A stretch of 64,000 nucleotides of DNA from Amoebophrya sp. A120 (taxonomy: Eukaryota; Protista; Dinoflagellata), in NCBI GenBank assembly GCA_905178155.1, contig CAJINV010000007.1:1395341-1459340 (forward strand), written 5' to 3'. A program made the translations under genes and the position numbers. Shown one piece after another: positions 49,078 to 61,103 of this stretch; within the stretch, counting starts at the first letter, position 1; each line of letters begins with the position of its first letter. The notes under the pieces are model-generated. The model saw nothing but the letters and a program-made list of their open reading frames with translations. It did not search any database and had not been told where the DNA came from.

Positions 49078-52000
49078 ATGTCGATTCAGCACCCATCAAG
49101 TAGCGATGTGTATGGTGCTGCTGCACCGGCCGCGCGCACGCCCCGCCTGCCGCCAAGATTGCCGACACGGGCAGACAGTCCGAGCCCGAGCTGGCGCTTA
49201 AAGCTTGAGGCAATGCAAAACGAATGGACCGGGAGCGCAACGACCGCCGGCGCCCCCGGGAGCAGTGTATTTCTGGCGAACTTTCTTCATTCGTTCCCAT
49301 GCGTAGTAGTATAAAATTTTTAGCTCCTTCACTGTAATTGCTCGTCATGCGCTCTCGTTGATCGGCAGTGGTCTATCTCGTACTGACGACTTCGTATAGA
49401 TACAAAGAAATGCAATACTTCCAAACCTTCACGACCCAGGTAACCGGCCGAGACTCCGGGTTCGCCACTGCGGAAAAAGATTTCGCCCGACGGTCGCTTT
49501 CCCTCCTCCGAGGGACTTCGAAAACGACGAGAGACAGCACATGTGTCGATCCCACAATTACTTCGGACGAGGAACTGCATGCGTCGAAGGCTTCCACCAG
49601 CAGCGAGCGCACCACGTCCCCGCTGAAAAGCATGGAGACGCTTGGCTCGACCGCGAAGAAGATGGAGCTCTCTCCCACCGCCTCCTCGCCTTTGACCATC
49701 AACAAATCCGCCTCCAACAACAGCAACCCCACTACTGCAACGGAACAGGAAAAAATGAAAACCAAGCTGTTGGAGAAGGAGCTACTCCTGACCAGAGCGG
49801 CGTTGCAGGACGCCAAGGGGGAGCTGGAGATCGAAAAGGTGATGCACGAGGCCGACAAGCTGACGCACGACCAACAGGACGAGGAGGCGCTGATGCAGGA
49901 AATCGAAAGACAAGCCGGGGAGTTGACGTTCGTCCGGGCACAGCTCTCGCACGCGAAGGAGAGAGAGAGAACGGCGAACGCGGAACTGGTTCGGCTCAGG
50001 GGGTTGCTCGCGACGAAGGCGGAGGAGAGCAGGTAGTTGAGAGTTTGCTTTGCTGCTGTGTGAGTAGCATCAGTCACTTCTCTAGCCGGGGACTACTTCT
50101 TAACTGTACTGGCCTATGATCGGGTGTGAATCGGTGTGAATACACTCAGTGCAAAAAAAAACAATCAGCCTGCAGAGCAAAACGTCCCATCTCCGGAACG
50201 AAGTGGAGAGCGTTTTGAGCCGTGACTTGAAGGAGGAGCTGACCACTCTGCGCAGGGACATGGAGCAGAAAGTAGCCGCACGCGACCGAGAAATCAAGGA
50301 GCTGCGGGATGAAGCGGAGGAACGAGAGCAGGTAGAGACAGAGAGTTTGTTGTCATGGTGCTTGTTCTACTGTAGTATAAATTTGCATTTTTCTAATTCT
50401 ACTGCGACTGCAAGAGAAGCTTCTATGCATATGTGTATGTAGGTACACTACACAGCTGCATTCTTGAGTAGTTCGAATCTGTACTAAACAATTCATAGAT
50501 TCGCGAGGAGAAGGAGCAGGAAGCGCTTCGGCTCCTGGTCCAGCAAGCGCAGCTGAAGACCGAGGTACAAAAGCTCGAATGTGACCAGATCACCAGGTTC
50601 GTATCCCGGAGTATGCTTTGCAAAAGTAAAATATCGTATTGCCTAATAGTGCAACGTGCATCTCAATTTGTTTTGTCTACAGGAGAAACGACACTTCTTA
50701 TCATGCAGATTCTGGTAGAGAATGAGAAAGCGCATTTGTCCTGCGATGTTACAGCAATTTATTACTTTTACGAGTACGAGACTTTTGCACGGGATACGGA
50801 GTGACTACGAGCAACTCCAGAAGCAACTGGCCGATGCGTTTCGGGAGAAAGACGAAATTGTCGCGGCAAAGAATCACGAGTTGGAAGTTACCACCACCGC
50901 CTTGCGAGAGGAGCTGGAAGAAGCGAAGCAGGCAGCGTTGCAGGTAAGGCAGCAGCTGGAGGACCAGAAAGCGAGCAGAAATGCAGCCTCTTCTCCTTTC
51001 GTTCCGCAGCTCTCATCCAGCAGCTCTACAAGTAGTTCCGGTGCCTTCTTTCAGCAGCAGCATTTCGACCTCAACAACAACCTCGCGGGAGATCATGTTG
51101 CCTTGACCAACGCTGGTGGTGCTTCTAGTTCATCTAATGCTCCTACGGGCGCCGGCACGCCCACCGCGCTCCGCGCCACCTTGGCGAAGCACCGGGGCGA
51201 GATTCAGGCCATCCAGCGGGCGAAGGACAATTTGGAAGCACTGTTGCTAGAGGAGCTACACGAGCTGAAGTCAGCGAACGAGCTGAAGGAAAAGTCCATT
51301 CAGGAGCAGCAGGTGCAAATGGAAAATCTGAAACTGGACGCGGAGGAGCGGATACGGAAAAAGATGCGCGACTTCACCCTGGAACTGCGCTCGATGTTCG
51401 AACAGGATTGGCAGGAAGAGGAAGAAGCGCTGAAGCTGAGCTACGACACGAAAATTTCCCAGCTGGAGGACGCCTTGACGACGGTGCAAAAGTCCGAGTT
51501 GAAAGCGGTCGAAGAAGTGGCGGAGTTGCGAGCTGGGTAAGTACTATTTTTTGTTTAACACTGCATGTTTCAGATTCAGATGTAGTTGCAGCATGTTCAT
51601 CGTTGTTAAAACAAGGCTCCTGCATGTTAATGGCGCGGAAGAGTCAAGATGTTTTTATGAAAATTTCAGCGACAGTGTGTATGTGATTTGAGAAAAGAAC
51701 AAAAACTCCCACAGCCTCTCCCTCGCCGAGCGACAGCTGCAGCAGGTTCAGGAGAAGCAGTACGAGATGGAATCGTACCGTAGGCGCGAATTAGTCGCCA
51801 AAGAGGAGCTGCAGATCCGGTGTGAATCTTCCGAACAGGACGTAGAGAAGCTGCGACAGGAGCTCCACGAAGTCATCAACAAGGCCGAGGATGACCATTT
51901 AGCTTTCCGGTCCGCGGAGGCGTGTTTACAGCAGGAACTGCTGCAGCTACGGAAGAAGATCTTGAAGACGGAGCTGCAACAGGAACTCGACAACGGCACT

Positions 52001-55000
52001 GCAGGTGGTTATACTACTAGCAATGGTTCTGCTTCTTCTGTAGCGGCCGGCTTGAGTAGTGCGAAGCGGTTAACGAATTTTTCGGCGTTGGCGCCGGCGG
52101 TTGGAGCGGGAATCCCTGGGGGGAGAGGAAGTGGTGTTGGTGCTGTTCCAGAGTACCGAAGAAGATCAGGGTGTTTTGACCCCTAGTAAAGATACGTTTT
52201 TGGCTTTGACTTTAGCTTCTAAATGCGCTGAACTAATCCGGCCTTCTGCCTTCTGCGTAGTGATAGTGAAGGAGTCGGAGAACTATTTCCGGAACGTGTT
52301 TTGTTCACAAGCTGTTTTGTTCCACACTTGTTTCATCTGTTCGTTTATCGATCCGGCAAGAGCAATGGAGAGAAGTACCAAAAGAAGTGGAATCTCAAAG
52401 CGGTTGAGCTACCGCCGCATGCAAAACGACGTCGCAAAAGTTCAATTAGGTTTCCTGGTTTTATTCGATGAAGCCGCATTGTTTTGCTGGGTGTTTTCTT
52501 GTGTGTCTGATGTGCCACAGTGCCGTGAGAGATCCTCCTTCCTTTGTGGAAAGAGAAACAGTGTGGTGAACTTACTACAGCCAAATCGTTCCGAAATGGG
52601 ATCTTTTCCTTAGCCACTGTAGTTGCTCGTCCGCTTCTCCATTCTAGTTGAAACCACATGCGACCGCGATAAAAGACCCTCGTCTTCACACCGGGCCGTG
52701 TCATTGACGTCGTTGACTTTTTTAGCCACTTGATTGAAGTTACTCCCGTGCATCTCAGAAGCCAAGTGGAGCGGATCATGCCCACCTCTCTCCCACCACC
52801 GGAACAAGAACGCTCGGCCGAGCTCCCCACGCTTTTGCGAGGGACGCACGACGGCTCGCAGCATGGCCACAGCAGTTCCAAAACAACCAAAACTGGCGCA
52901 ACAATCCATCCGACAACCTCTGCCGGCGTGTTTGGCAAAAACCAGTTGCTACCACCCTCGGTGGACGCCACGACTCCTCACCCCATCACCGAGGAGCCCG
53001 TCGTGCCACCAGCTGCCTTGCGTTTGCCCATCCGGCACATGGTTGTAAGCACACCGGAAAAAATCGCGCGCGAGTTCTTCATGCAGCCCACGCCAGACAT
53101 CGGCGACCTGGTCCTGGACGTCGAACAGGAGGTGTTAGAAGAGGAGGAGCTGCGACTGGAGCATGAAAGGTAAGTCGATTTTTTTCAAAAGCGATTTCAT
53201 TGTTCTTGTTGCAAGGAAGGTCTTGTCATGTGTCCTCTCGCCGCAAGGAATGGAATAGAACCGCATGGCAAAAAAGTAATTAATCAAACAACAGAACCTC
53301 TCGCTCTCCTACCGTTTTCGCCTGTCCTGAGCGGCAGAACATCTCCAGTACCGAGCAGTCGCCGGACCGGAAACTGTCTTCTGACCGGACCCTTGCCGCT
53401 GCCGGCGGCTTCACTCCGACTCTGCTACAGGACTGGAATACAACGGATAACGAGAATAAAGATACGACTGAGAAAAACAAAAAGAAGCAGCAAGAACAAC
53501 TCCCCCGCTCAAGCTCCCTGAAGAAGAAGACAAATAAATTTGGCACAGTCATTTCTACTCCCGGCGCAACTATCAGCAAGACACATTCCACCGGGCAGCA
53601 GCACCAAAACATGAAAGTTAGCCAGCCGATCCAGAAGCGGGTTTCCTTTTCCGAGGAACTGTTTCTGCAGTCGATCCAGTATCTGCCTACGCCTGTCGAC
53701 GGCGAAGAGGACGGCGAGCGGGTGGATAGTACTTCTGAAAAAATCTTCACAATCGGGGAGATGAACATTAAGGCCCACAGTCGTGCAGTCAGGAAGGAAG
53801 ACCAGACGACATCGTCTTTCGGAGAAGCGGAACAACAGGAACGACAGTCCAACAAATCGATCCGCTCCCTCTCCCCCTCCATCAGCCCCAAGGTTCGGCG
53901 TGGCCGCGGCTACGCGCACGGGCGGAACTCGAGTTTGATCGGCGATATGGGGGAGGATCCCATGGTGGAGGAGGACGACGAAGACCTGTTTCTGGACCAG
54001 TTAGGTGCAGCAGCAGCAGCAGCAGCGCACGAACAACCACGCTCCGAACAATTGGATCGTGATCTTCCGCATGTAGTTGACAAAGAACTCGTCCAGGATC
54101 AAGAAACTTCCTTTTCCGCTGTCCCGACCCAGAATCTGTACGAACCGCTGGATCAAGTAGAGGATGTGACTTCCTCTGGTGCCTGTTCGCTGTACTCGCA
54201 AGAGCAGCGGTCTTTAGACGATGCTACGATCTGCGCTGCGGTGGACACGCTGTTGCCGATTTCGACCGCCTATCCACTGTAAATATGTCTGGGTCCTCTG
54301 GAAACTTGTGATGCGCGTGCGGCACTCGTGAGGACTTTCAATTGACGGCCAACAAGCATGAGAAGTTTTTGAGCTCCCACTAACTTTGGAGCTGTCGTCT
54401 ATTCTACATGGCAAACTGCGTCGACAACAAAGTGGGGCGTTTGCGTAACGTGCATGAGAGGAGAATTAAGGTTTATGCTAATCAAGCATGACAAACTCTT
54501 CCGAACGCAGACATATTTGCGATGCATACCACCGCCTTGCAGTCCTCCGCCACTATGGACCTGGAAGAAGAATGGCGGATCGACGCGGCGTTGCGAAAGT
54601 TGGCGAGAATGCAAAAGCAAAAACGGCCTTCGGAGGTGGATGACGCGGTGCTGATTGAAAGTGACGACCTGCTCTCCAATTCTTCCTCCAGCGGTGGCGG
54701 TAACTTCTATGCCACAAGCGACAGTTCGTCGGACGACTTTGGTTTCGACGGCGTCAATGTTGATCATGCGGGAAAAAAGAAGTTTTCGAAACTGGGAAAG
54801 ATCCGTTCCGGTGCGGAAACCTCGAAAATGGTGAACAGCACGGCGAAGGTGGTAGAGGGGTTGATGTTGAGTGGTCTCAACAACAGCATTCCCACTCTAG
54901 ATTTGGAGAACACAGCAGGCGAACCACAACAGCTGCAATTTGAACGGCATCTTCTTGATGACGAGGGACCTTTTTTATCGAACACAGGATCTTCTCTCTC

Positions 55001-57803
55001 TCCCATCGCGCACACAAGTTCGTTCCCCGAAGCCGCGGCGATCATGGCAACTACTTCTACAACTTCTACATCATACAATCCTTGGGAGCCCTCCTCCATG
55101 ATCGGCGAAGAAAACGTGCAGTCTACAACCACGCGAACCATCTCCCTGTCCGCGTCCCCCGAGTGCCGGAAATCCGGGGCGGAATATCTGGCGAACTTTC
55201 TCTCCACTTTGGAGAACGTCGACCAGGACCTGGTGCAGACGTTGTTTCCGTCTCTGAAGAGCAGCGGTTCCTGTGGACGAAACAAGGACGGTGCTGAGAT
55301 TACTACACTTCTGGAACAAGAAGACGAAATCGACTACGACGACCTGAACAAGACGCCGAAGAAACGGACGTCTCTAGCGGGCATGCGACCAGTGTCTTTG
55401 TCCCGGTCCCCGAAGAAGAAACCAAACTGCAAAAGTCCAAAACCGGAGATTTTGACGGAGATTCGGTCCTTCAACGAGCTAGTGATGCCGAACCGGTTGG
55501 AAACTCTGATCCCGGAGGGAAGGACGGGGTTTGAAATGATTCGTGCGGAGAAGAAGAACAATCAGAAGGACCATCCTGAAGAAGTTGAGGCAGAACAGAA
55601 AGAATCTCCTTCGAAAACCGCTTTTCCCGCCGAGAGCATGATGAAGAACGTGGTAAAAACTACTTTGCCACCCAGTAGTTCTTCAGGTGCTGTTGTTTTC
55701 CCGAGTAAATCTCACGCGGATAAAAATGTGGTGCTGGTCCGGCCGGCTTGGGAGACTTTCGCGAACAGTCCGATGGATGGTGAGCAGGGGGATGTTGGGA
55801 GAATTGTCGGTTCTGCTGGGGGAGAGAGTAATGAAAACGAAGCGGAGGTTCTTGCTGGAAATGATGACGAAATTGAGAAACAACGCGACCAGAAAACGAT
55901 GGGAATTTCTGCAAAGCCAAACTCTACTTCCTGTTCCTCTCCCACGAAAAATCATGTTGCACTAGGTCCATCTCGGCCAACAACCAATGGGGATTCCAAA
56001 GTGGTCGTAACAAAAACGACCTGTGCGGTGGGGGCTCCTTCTGCTACACAAATACAAGACACCAGTGCGATTTGTGCCAAGACCAACACTGCTGCTTTGT
56101 CCAAAATCTCCTCCACGGCAAAATTTGGAACGACATCTGGTATCCTGTTCCAACCGATTCAGCACATGAAGTGCTTGGATTTCCGTCCCAGTTTGGGCGT
56201 CGCAGCGTCTTCGGCGCGTGCGCGTGGTCCTGGGGCGCAACAGCAAATAATTTCCTCGGTGACGATGAATGAAATGAATACGGCTGATGTTGTTCCTCCA
56301 CCTCCTGCGGCTTCGGGTTTTTCCTCTGTTATCATCCCCCCCGCCGTCGTGATGAACAGGACCAATTACAAGTACGCGTTTCAACCCGGTTTTCGTACCA
56401 CCACGCAGGTGAACGCGAAGATCCAATCTTCCGTCCCGGTACCGCCACCCCAAACCCGGAAACTGATTTTGACAACCGGAGGCAGCACCACGACAAATCC
56501 ATCTAGAACCACGATTAGTAGTTCTTTTCCAGCTCAGCACGGTGTGCTACCCCAGCAGACTTCGAAAAATACTAAAACCGGGACGACTAATATTGTGAAG
56601 AAGTTGATGCAAAAAGAACAGAACTACGAAAGCGCTACGGCAGTTTCGGATCAACATGCTGTCACCGCGAAGCTGCTTATCCCTATCGATGCTAGTGCAA
56701 CTGCTGTCGGAGTAGAACAGGAAAGAGCTGTTGGTACGACCATGCAGAAGAGTCTCGCCCGGCCGACAATGCAGGAAATCCAGACAAGCGGTGTTGCGGG
56801 AAAGACGACGGTGACACAGACATTGATTGAAGACAATGTGTGCAAACATTCTCAGTCTTTACTAGCCGATGAAATATCAAACCATCCTACTTCTGGAGAG
56901 CAGCAGCCGGTCCGGAGGTTGACCAGGACGAAAGTGCGGCGGTCGATTACGCCATCGAAGAATGGAATGAAAGATGGCGGTATTTCTGCAACTAGTCGTG
57001 GTCCGAGCCTGGTGATGAACAATATCAAACGAGGATCTCCTACTACTTGTGGTTCGCCGAAAGAAGCACCCATGCCTGGAGGCTCTTTTGCAGGAGCTAT
57101 GACAACGTCGAACACGACCCCGGTGAAGAGCAGTCCGGGAAACAACTACAACAACCGCAGTACTAAGAGCAGTCCCAAGGTGCTCCGATCTACCAACTCG
57201 GCGCGGAAAATAAAAGACACGAACGCGGCGGCGGTGGCTATTTCCAACAAAACGTTGACAAGCGGAAGAACCTCGTTTACTACCAACAAACAATCGTCTC
57301 CCTCACCGGCGAAAATCATTGCGAGCAGCATCAAAACGAAGTCACCACCGAATTCCGCGGGGTTGCATCATCATATCGCCGATGGTGCTAGTACGACAGA
57401 TGCTGTGATGAAGATGCTGCACAACAACTCCGAAGATCAAGAATCTCCTCCGGTGAACCAGCAAAACATCAACGACACTATCACCCTCTCCAGCCGCGTC
57501 GAGAAGCCGCGCGCGTCCTGTCCCACCGCAATTTGCCAGCCGCAGCCGCCAAAGTTACCTGCTGGGGTTGTGGGTGGTATGCTGGACGCTGAGAATCAAT
57601 ACCAAACAGCTGCGGGTGTGATGAACCGGAGCGCGTCCGTCTGCTCGCTGAAAACCCCGACGGAAATTGCGAACAAGGTGAAGTACCAACTCCCGCGGAA
57701 GTTCCTGAAGTTCACGCCATTGCCGGAAAATCAGTCCATTTTTTTCCCAGGAGGATTGCCGATGCCGAATTGCCGGGGTGGGTTATTGCGGACTGGGAAA
57801 TGA
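49078..57803 (+). CDS. Very large multi-exon protein with N-terminal coiled coils and a disordered Ser/Thr-rich C-terminus. Start and some junctions uncertain; could be two genes
   Basis: Consecutive + strand ORFs (49368, 50149, 50722, 51767, 52730, 53611, 54522) can mostly be joined by GT-AG introns and two inverted-repeat inserts. The heptad E/K/L/Q pattern indicates coiled coil. Junctions at 52150-52680 are unresolved. Confidence 0.6.
50612..50796. mobile_element. Introner-like inverted-repeat intron, family D-like (185 bp, direct repeat CGGAG)
   Basis: Ends TATGCTTTGCAAAAGT and ACTTTTGCACGGGATA. Removal gives FVSRSDYEQ in frame. Confidence 0.8.
54271..54528. mobile_element. Introner-like inverted-repeat intron, decayed family A (258 bp, direct repeat CCGCC/CCACC)
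   Basis: Ends TATCCACTGTAAATATGTCTGGGTC and GAACGCAGACATATTTGCGATGCATA. Removal joins ORF 53611 to ORF 54522 in frame. Confidence 0.8.
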
Positions 57804-58867
57804 TGAGATAGGAGGAGTGATGAATAGAATAAGTTTTGAAGTTTTTCAATTCGGTAGTTTTAATAGTGTACGAGTACGAGTACGAATTTACCGAGCATCG
57901 CGCTGCAATTGCAAAGCCATGGGTTACTGTCGTTTCATGTTTGGGGTCACACTTTTTTTTACAAAAATTGCTACGGATTGAGGCATGTTTCTTTTTTTCA
58001 GTAAGGCGAAGTTGGGCTTGGGAGCCACGCCCACTGCACGAGAGTCCAATTGAAAATCTAATGATATACAAAATCAAAATGTTTCATCACGCACACGCTC
58101 TTCCTACCTCTACCATCATATTCCGCTTTCTTCCGAATAACATAACTGAAAGCCTATGTTGACATAGAAGTTTCATGTTTTTGATGTTGTTTCTCACTTT
58201 TAGTTTTTTGGTCGTCGTTGTGAATTTCAAAACTACAATTTCCATGTGAGCGATAAGTCTATCGCCTCTGTTGAGTTTTTTGGACACTTCCAAGAAAATG
58301 TGCATCCTATTGTCAATGCAAAGGGACAAGCAGACACGACAAGCGCTACGTCATTTATGTGACCCCGCAACTAAAGGAGATGAATGAATGATGTTCGCCA
58401 CCTTAGTCGCTTGGTTTCTCTTCCGGCGCCATCGTCTTGTAGATGGTTTTGATCGGGTTCGTGTGCGTGTTTCTCGTGTCGATGGCTCGCTGTGCTGCTC
58501 AGCGACTTCTCCTATTCTTGGTATATTCCTTGGCTATCTATGTATGTCGCAGTGGCGTTCTCGGATTCGCGGTCGCGTTCATGAGAGTCGGAGTTCGTAA
58601 GGCAGTTGGAGTTACTTCGCACTTTCGTTTTCCAAAAGAGAGTCCTGAGCGCCTAGTTGCAAGGGGTTCTTTCTACGTAAGGAAACATATTCTATTCAAA
58701 GATGTTGCGGAGGAGAACTGAAGGACGGAGTCTGTCAAGTAGCTGAAACTGAGAGCGGCAATTTGTCGCTCAGGGGGATTTTTGATGCTGAACATGGAAC
58801 ACTGAGTGAAGTTTTAGCAAGCGCGCTAGGATGATCTTTCCAGGGAAAATTTAGATATTGTTTCAAG

Positions 58868-60458
58868 ATGGTTCATCTCTACGTCCAGAAGCTCGTCAAC
58901 ATGCTCATGCTGCCGGTCGTCCAGCTCTTTCTCTTGGCGACACTTCTACCCGCACAGAAATCGCATTTTGTCGTCGCCGCTGCCTCCACCCAGGGCTCGA
59001 CATCTGCAGCACGTACCCTGTACACCGAAGGCTCCGGTCTTGTGCAACACCTCCTAGCGAAGCAGGTCACTTGGTTCGAACATGGATTATTGGGAAAGCC
59101 ACCACACCACCACCACGAACACGAGAGAGCAGATGAACATAGTTCCTCCAGCTCCTACGTGGTGAGCAACCTAGAGCGAAGCAATCAACACGGCGACCAA
59201 AGTGATCCTGTACAACCTGCTGAGCCACAGCACACCTCCCGAAGTTCCTCCAGAAACCTGTCCTTTCTTGGCAAGTTGGCGGCCTACACAGCAGCAATTG
59301 GAAACGAAGTATTTCTTGGAGCGAAACTGCTTACAAAGGCTGTTATCCAGGAATATGAGGTAGTTTGTTTTTTGTCATTCATATTAATTTGCAGAAAAAA
59401 AGCGAGCCTTTGCTTTCACTTTAAGCTCGCACTCATATTACACGCAGACAATGGCACGTCTGGTCGTGCAAGTATGCATGACAAAAAACGTGCTACAATA
59501 GGTTTACTTGTCACGCATATTAATTTGAGTTTGACTTTCGGCTTGTTCGTTTGGTAGCTCTATTTAGGTCCTTTTAGCGTTCTGTTTTTTTTTCAGCACT
59601 GAGTTTGCCAGAAAGAAATTCTGTATCCAGAATAACAAAAACCTTCAGTTTTACCGGCTGCACTACGGGAAGTACCCGAGCGGGTATCATCCGCGCAAGC
59701 AACAAACGGAGAGACGAACAGAAGCGCTGGCTGAGAAAAAGGTACTTCTTTTTCATGGATGTTGTTGAGGATCAATTAGGATTGCAAATTTTCATCAGTA
59801 GTGTCCTGCATCAGTGGCCTCATGTGGGAGGTCCTCGAGCTCTCGTGAAAAAAAAAAGCAGAAAGATACCTCAGCAGTAGATACCATTTCACATATATTG
59901 CAACAGATCAAGTCGGCCGAAGACAGCACGTCGTGGAGGACACGACCCGCAACGTCGTCTTTCGCGACCAAGTCTCCGAAGCTTCGCACGGAGAGACAGA
60001 AATACAACGAAGTAAAGGCGAACAGTCAGCATCAGCAGTCCTATGTCGAGCAGCAAACTGAAAAACAAAAATCAGCCACCGCCGCCGCTACGGCCACCTC
60101 CGAGTCGGAGGCGGCAGAATCAGAATCCGGAGTCGAGGCCGCGGCGCAGTCCACCAGCGGATCGCTCCCCGCCCCCGTGGTCGACCAGCTACTCGGGTCG
60201 ATCTTGATGTTGCTCATCTGCGCGCTCCCGTCGACTTGCTTCTACGTTTCCCACGCGCGACTATCGTTCCGGGAGCAGCAGATCGTGGAGGACGAGGTGC
60301 GGGGCAAGATCAAAAAGCAAGAGCACGACATGGGGAAAAGGATGAAGCAACAGCAGAAGGCGGCTGCACTTGCGGCGGGGCAAGCAGGAGGGACGGAAGG
60401 GGGTGCTGGGGGCATCGGAGTGATCCAGGAAGAGCCAGCAGGGGTCGTGCAGGTGTAG
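58868..60458 (+). CDS. Hypothetical protein with a signal peptide and one C-terminal TM helix. Exons about 58868-59359, 59650-59741, 59907-60458
   Basis: Hydrophobic N-terminus. Two phase-0 GT-AG introns give QEYE-FYRLH...EKK-IKSAED. TM segment LLGSILMLLICALPSTCFYV. Confidence 0.6.
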
Positions 60459-61103
60459 TCAGGTGCTGTGTGCGAATCAACGGTGAGACTTACTTAGATG
60501 AATGGATGGGTCAGGGAGTTGTACAATACGAATACTCACGTTTTGAGTCGGAGAAACTTCACCTTGTGACAGGTGGTTTCTTCATTCTGAGGCTGAAGTA
60601 CAAGCGACACCAAAAACCTAGTTTTGAAGACTACTGTAAGATCATGGCACGAGTATCTACTTTATTCGCGGTTGTAGCTGCTGTCCCTACACTATCAAAG
60701 TCTCTTTGTTCACGTCCAGTGCGTTCCTACGGCGTGCCGTGTGCCTAGATTCTGTCGCCGATTTTTTTTCGAGTCTACAAAAACGAACGCGGTTTCCTTT
60801 GGCTGATACCATCAGACACAGAGCGCTATAAAACTCGTCTGAGAGGAACGCAAACCATGCCAAAAAGTGCGATTCGATGAAGCAAATTTTGAGTGAGTTG
60901 TGTTGTGGTTTTTCGTTTTTCCAGTCCCTGTGGCTGACTGGAAAAATCCGAGAAAAATAGTTAGAATGTAGAAAGCCCACTCAAGTTTCGATTAATTTAC
61001 AATTGAGAAGCTTTTGATAAAGCAGCAGAACATTTGTGCCGACGAGTCGGTGTCGCATCAATAGTTACATTTTCACATCACAAGAAAAGGCACCACAAAA
61101 ATC

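Noticed and set aside
52400-52680. Possible decayed introner ending ...CGCGATA in the coiled-coil gene
   Set aside because: The 5' terminus and direct repeat could not be matched in a compatible phase.
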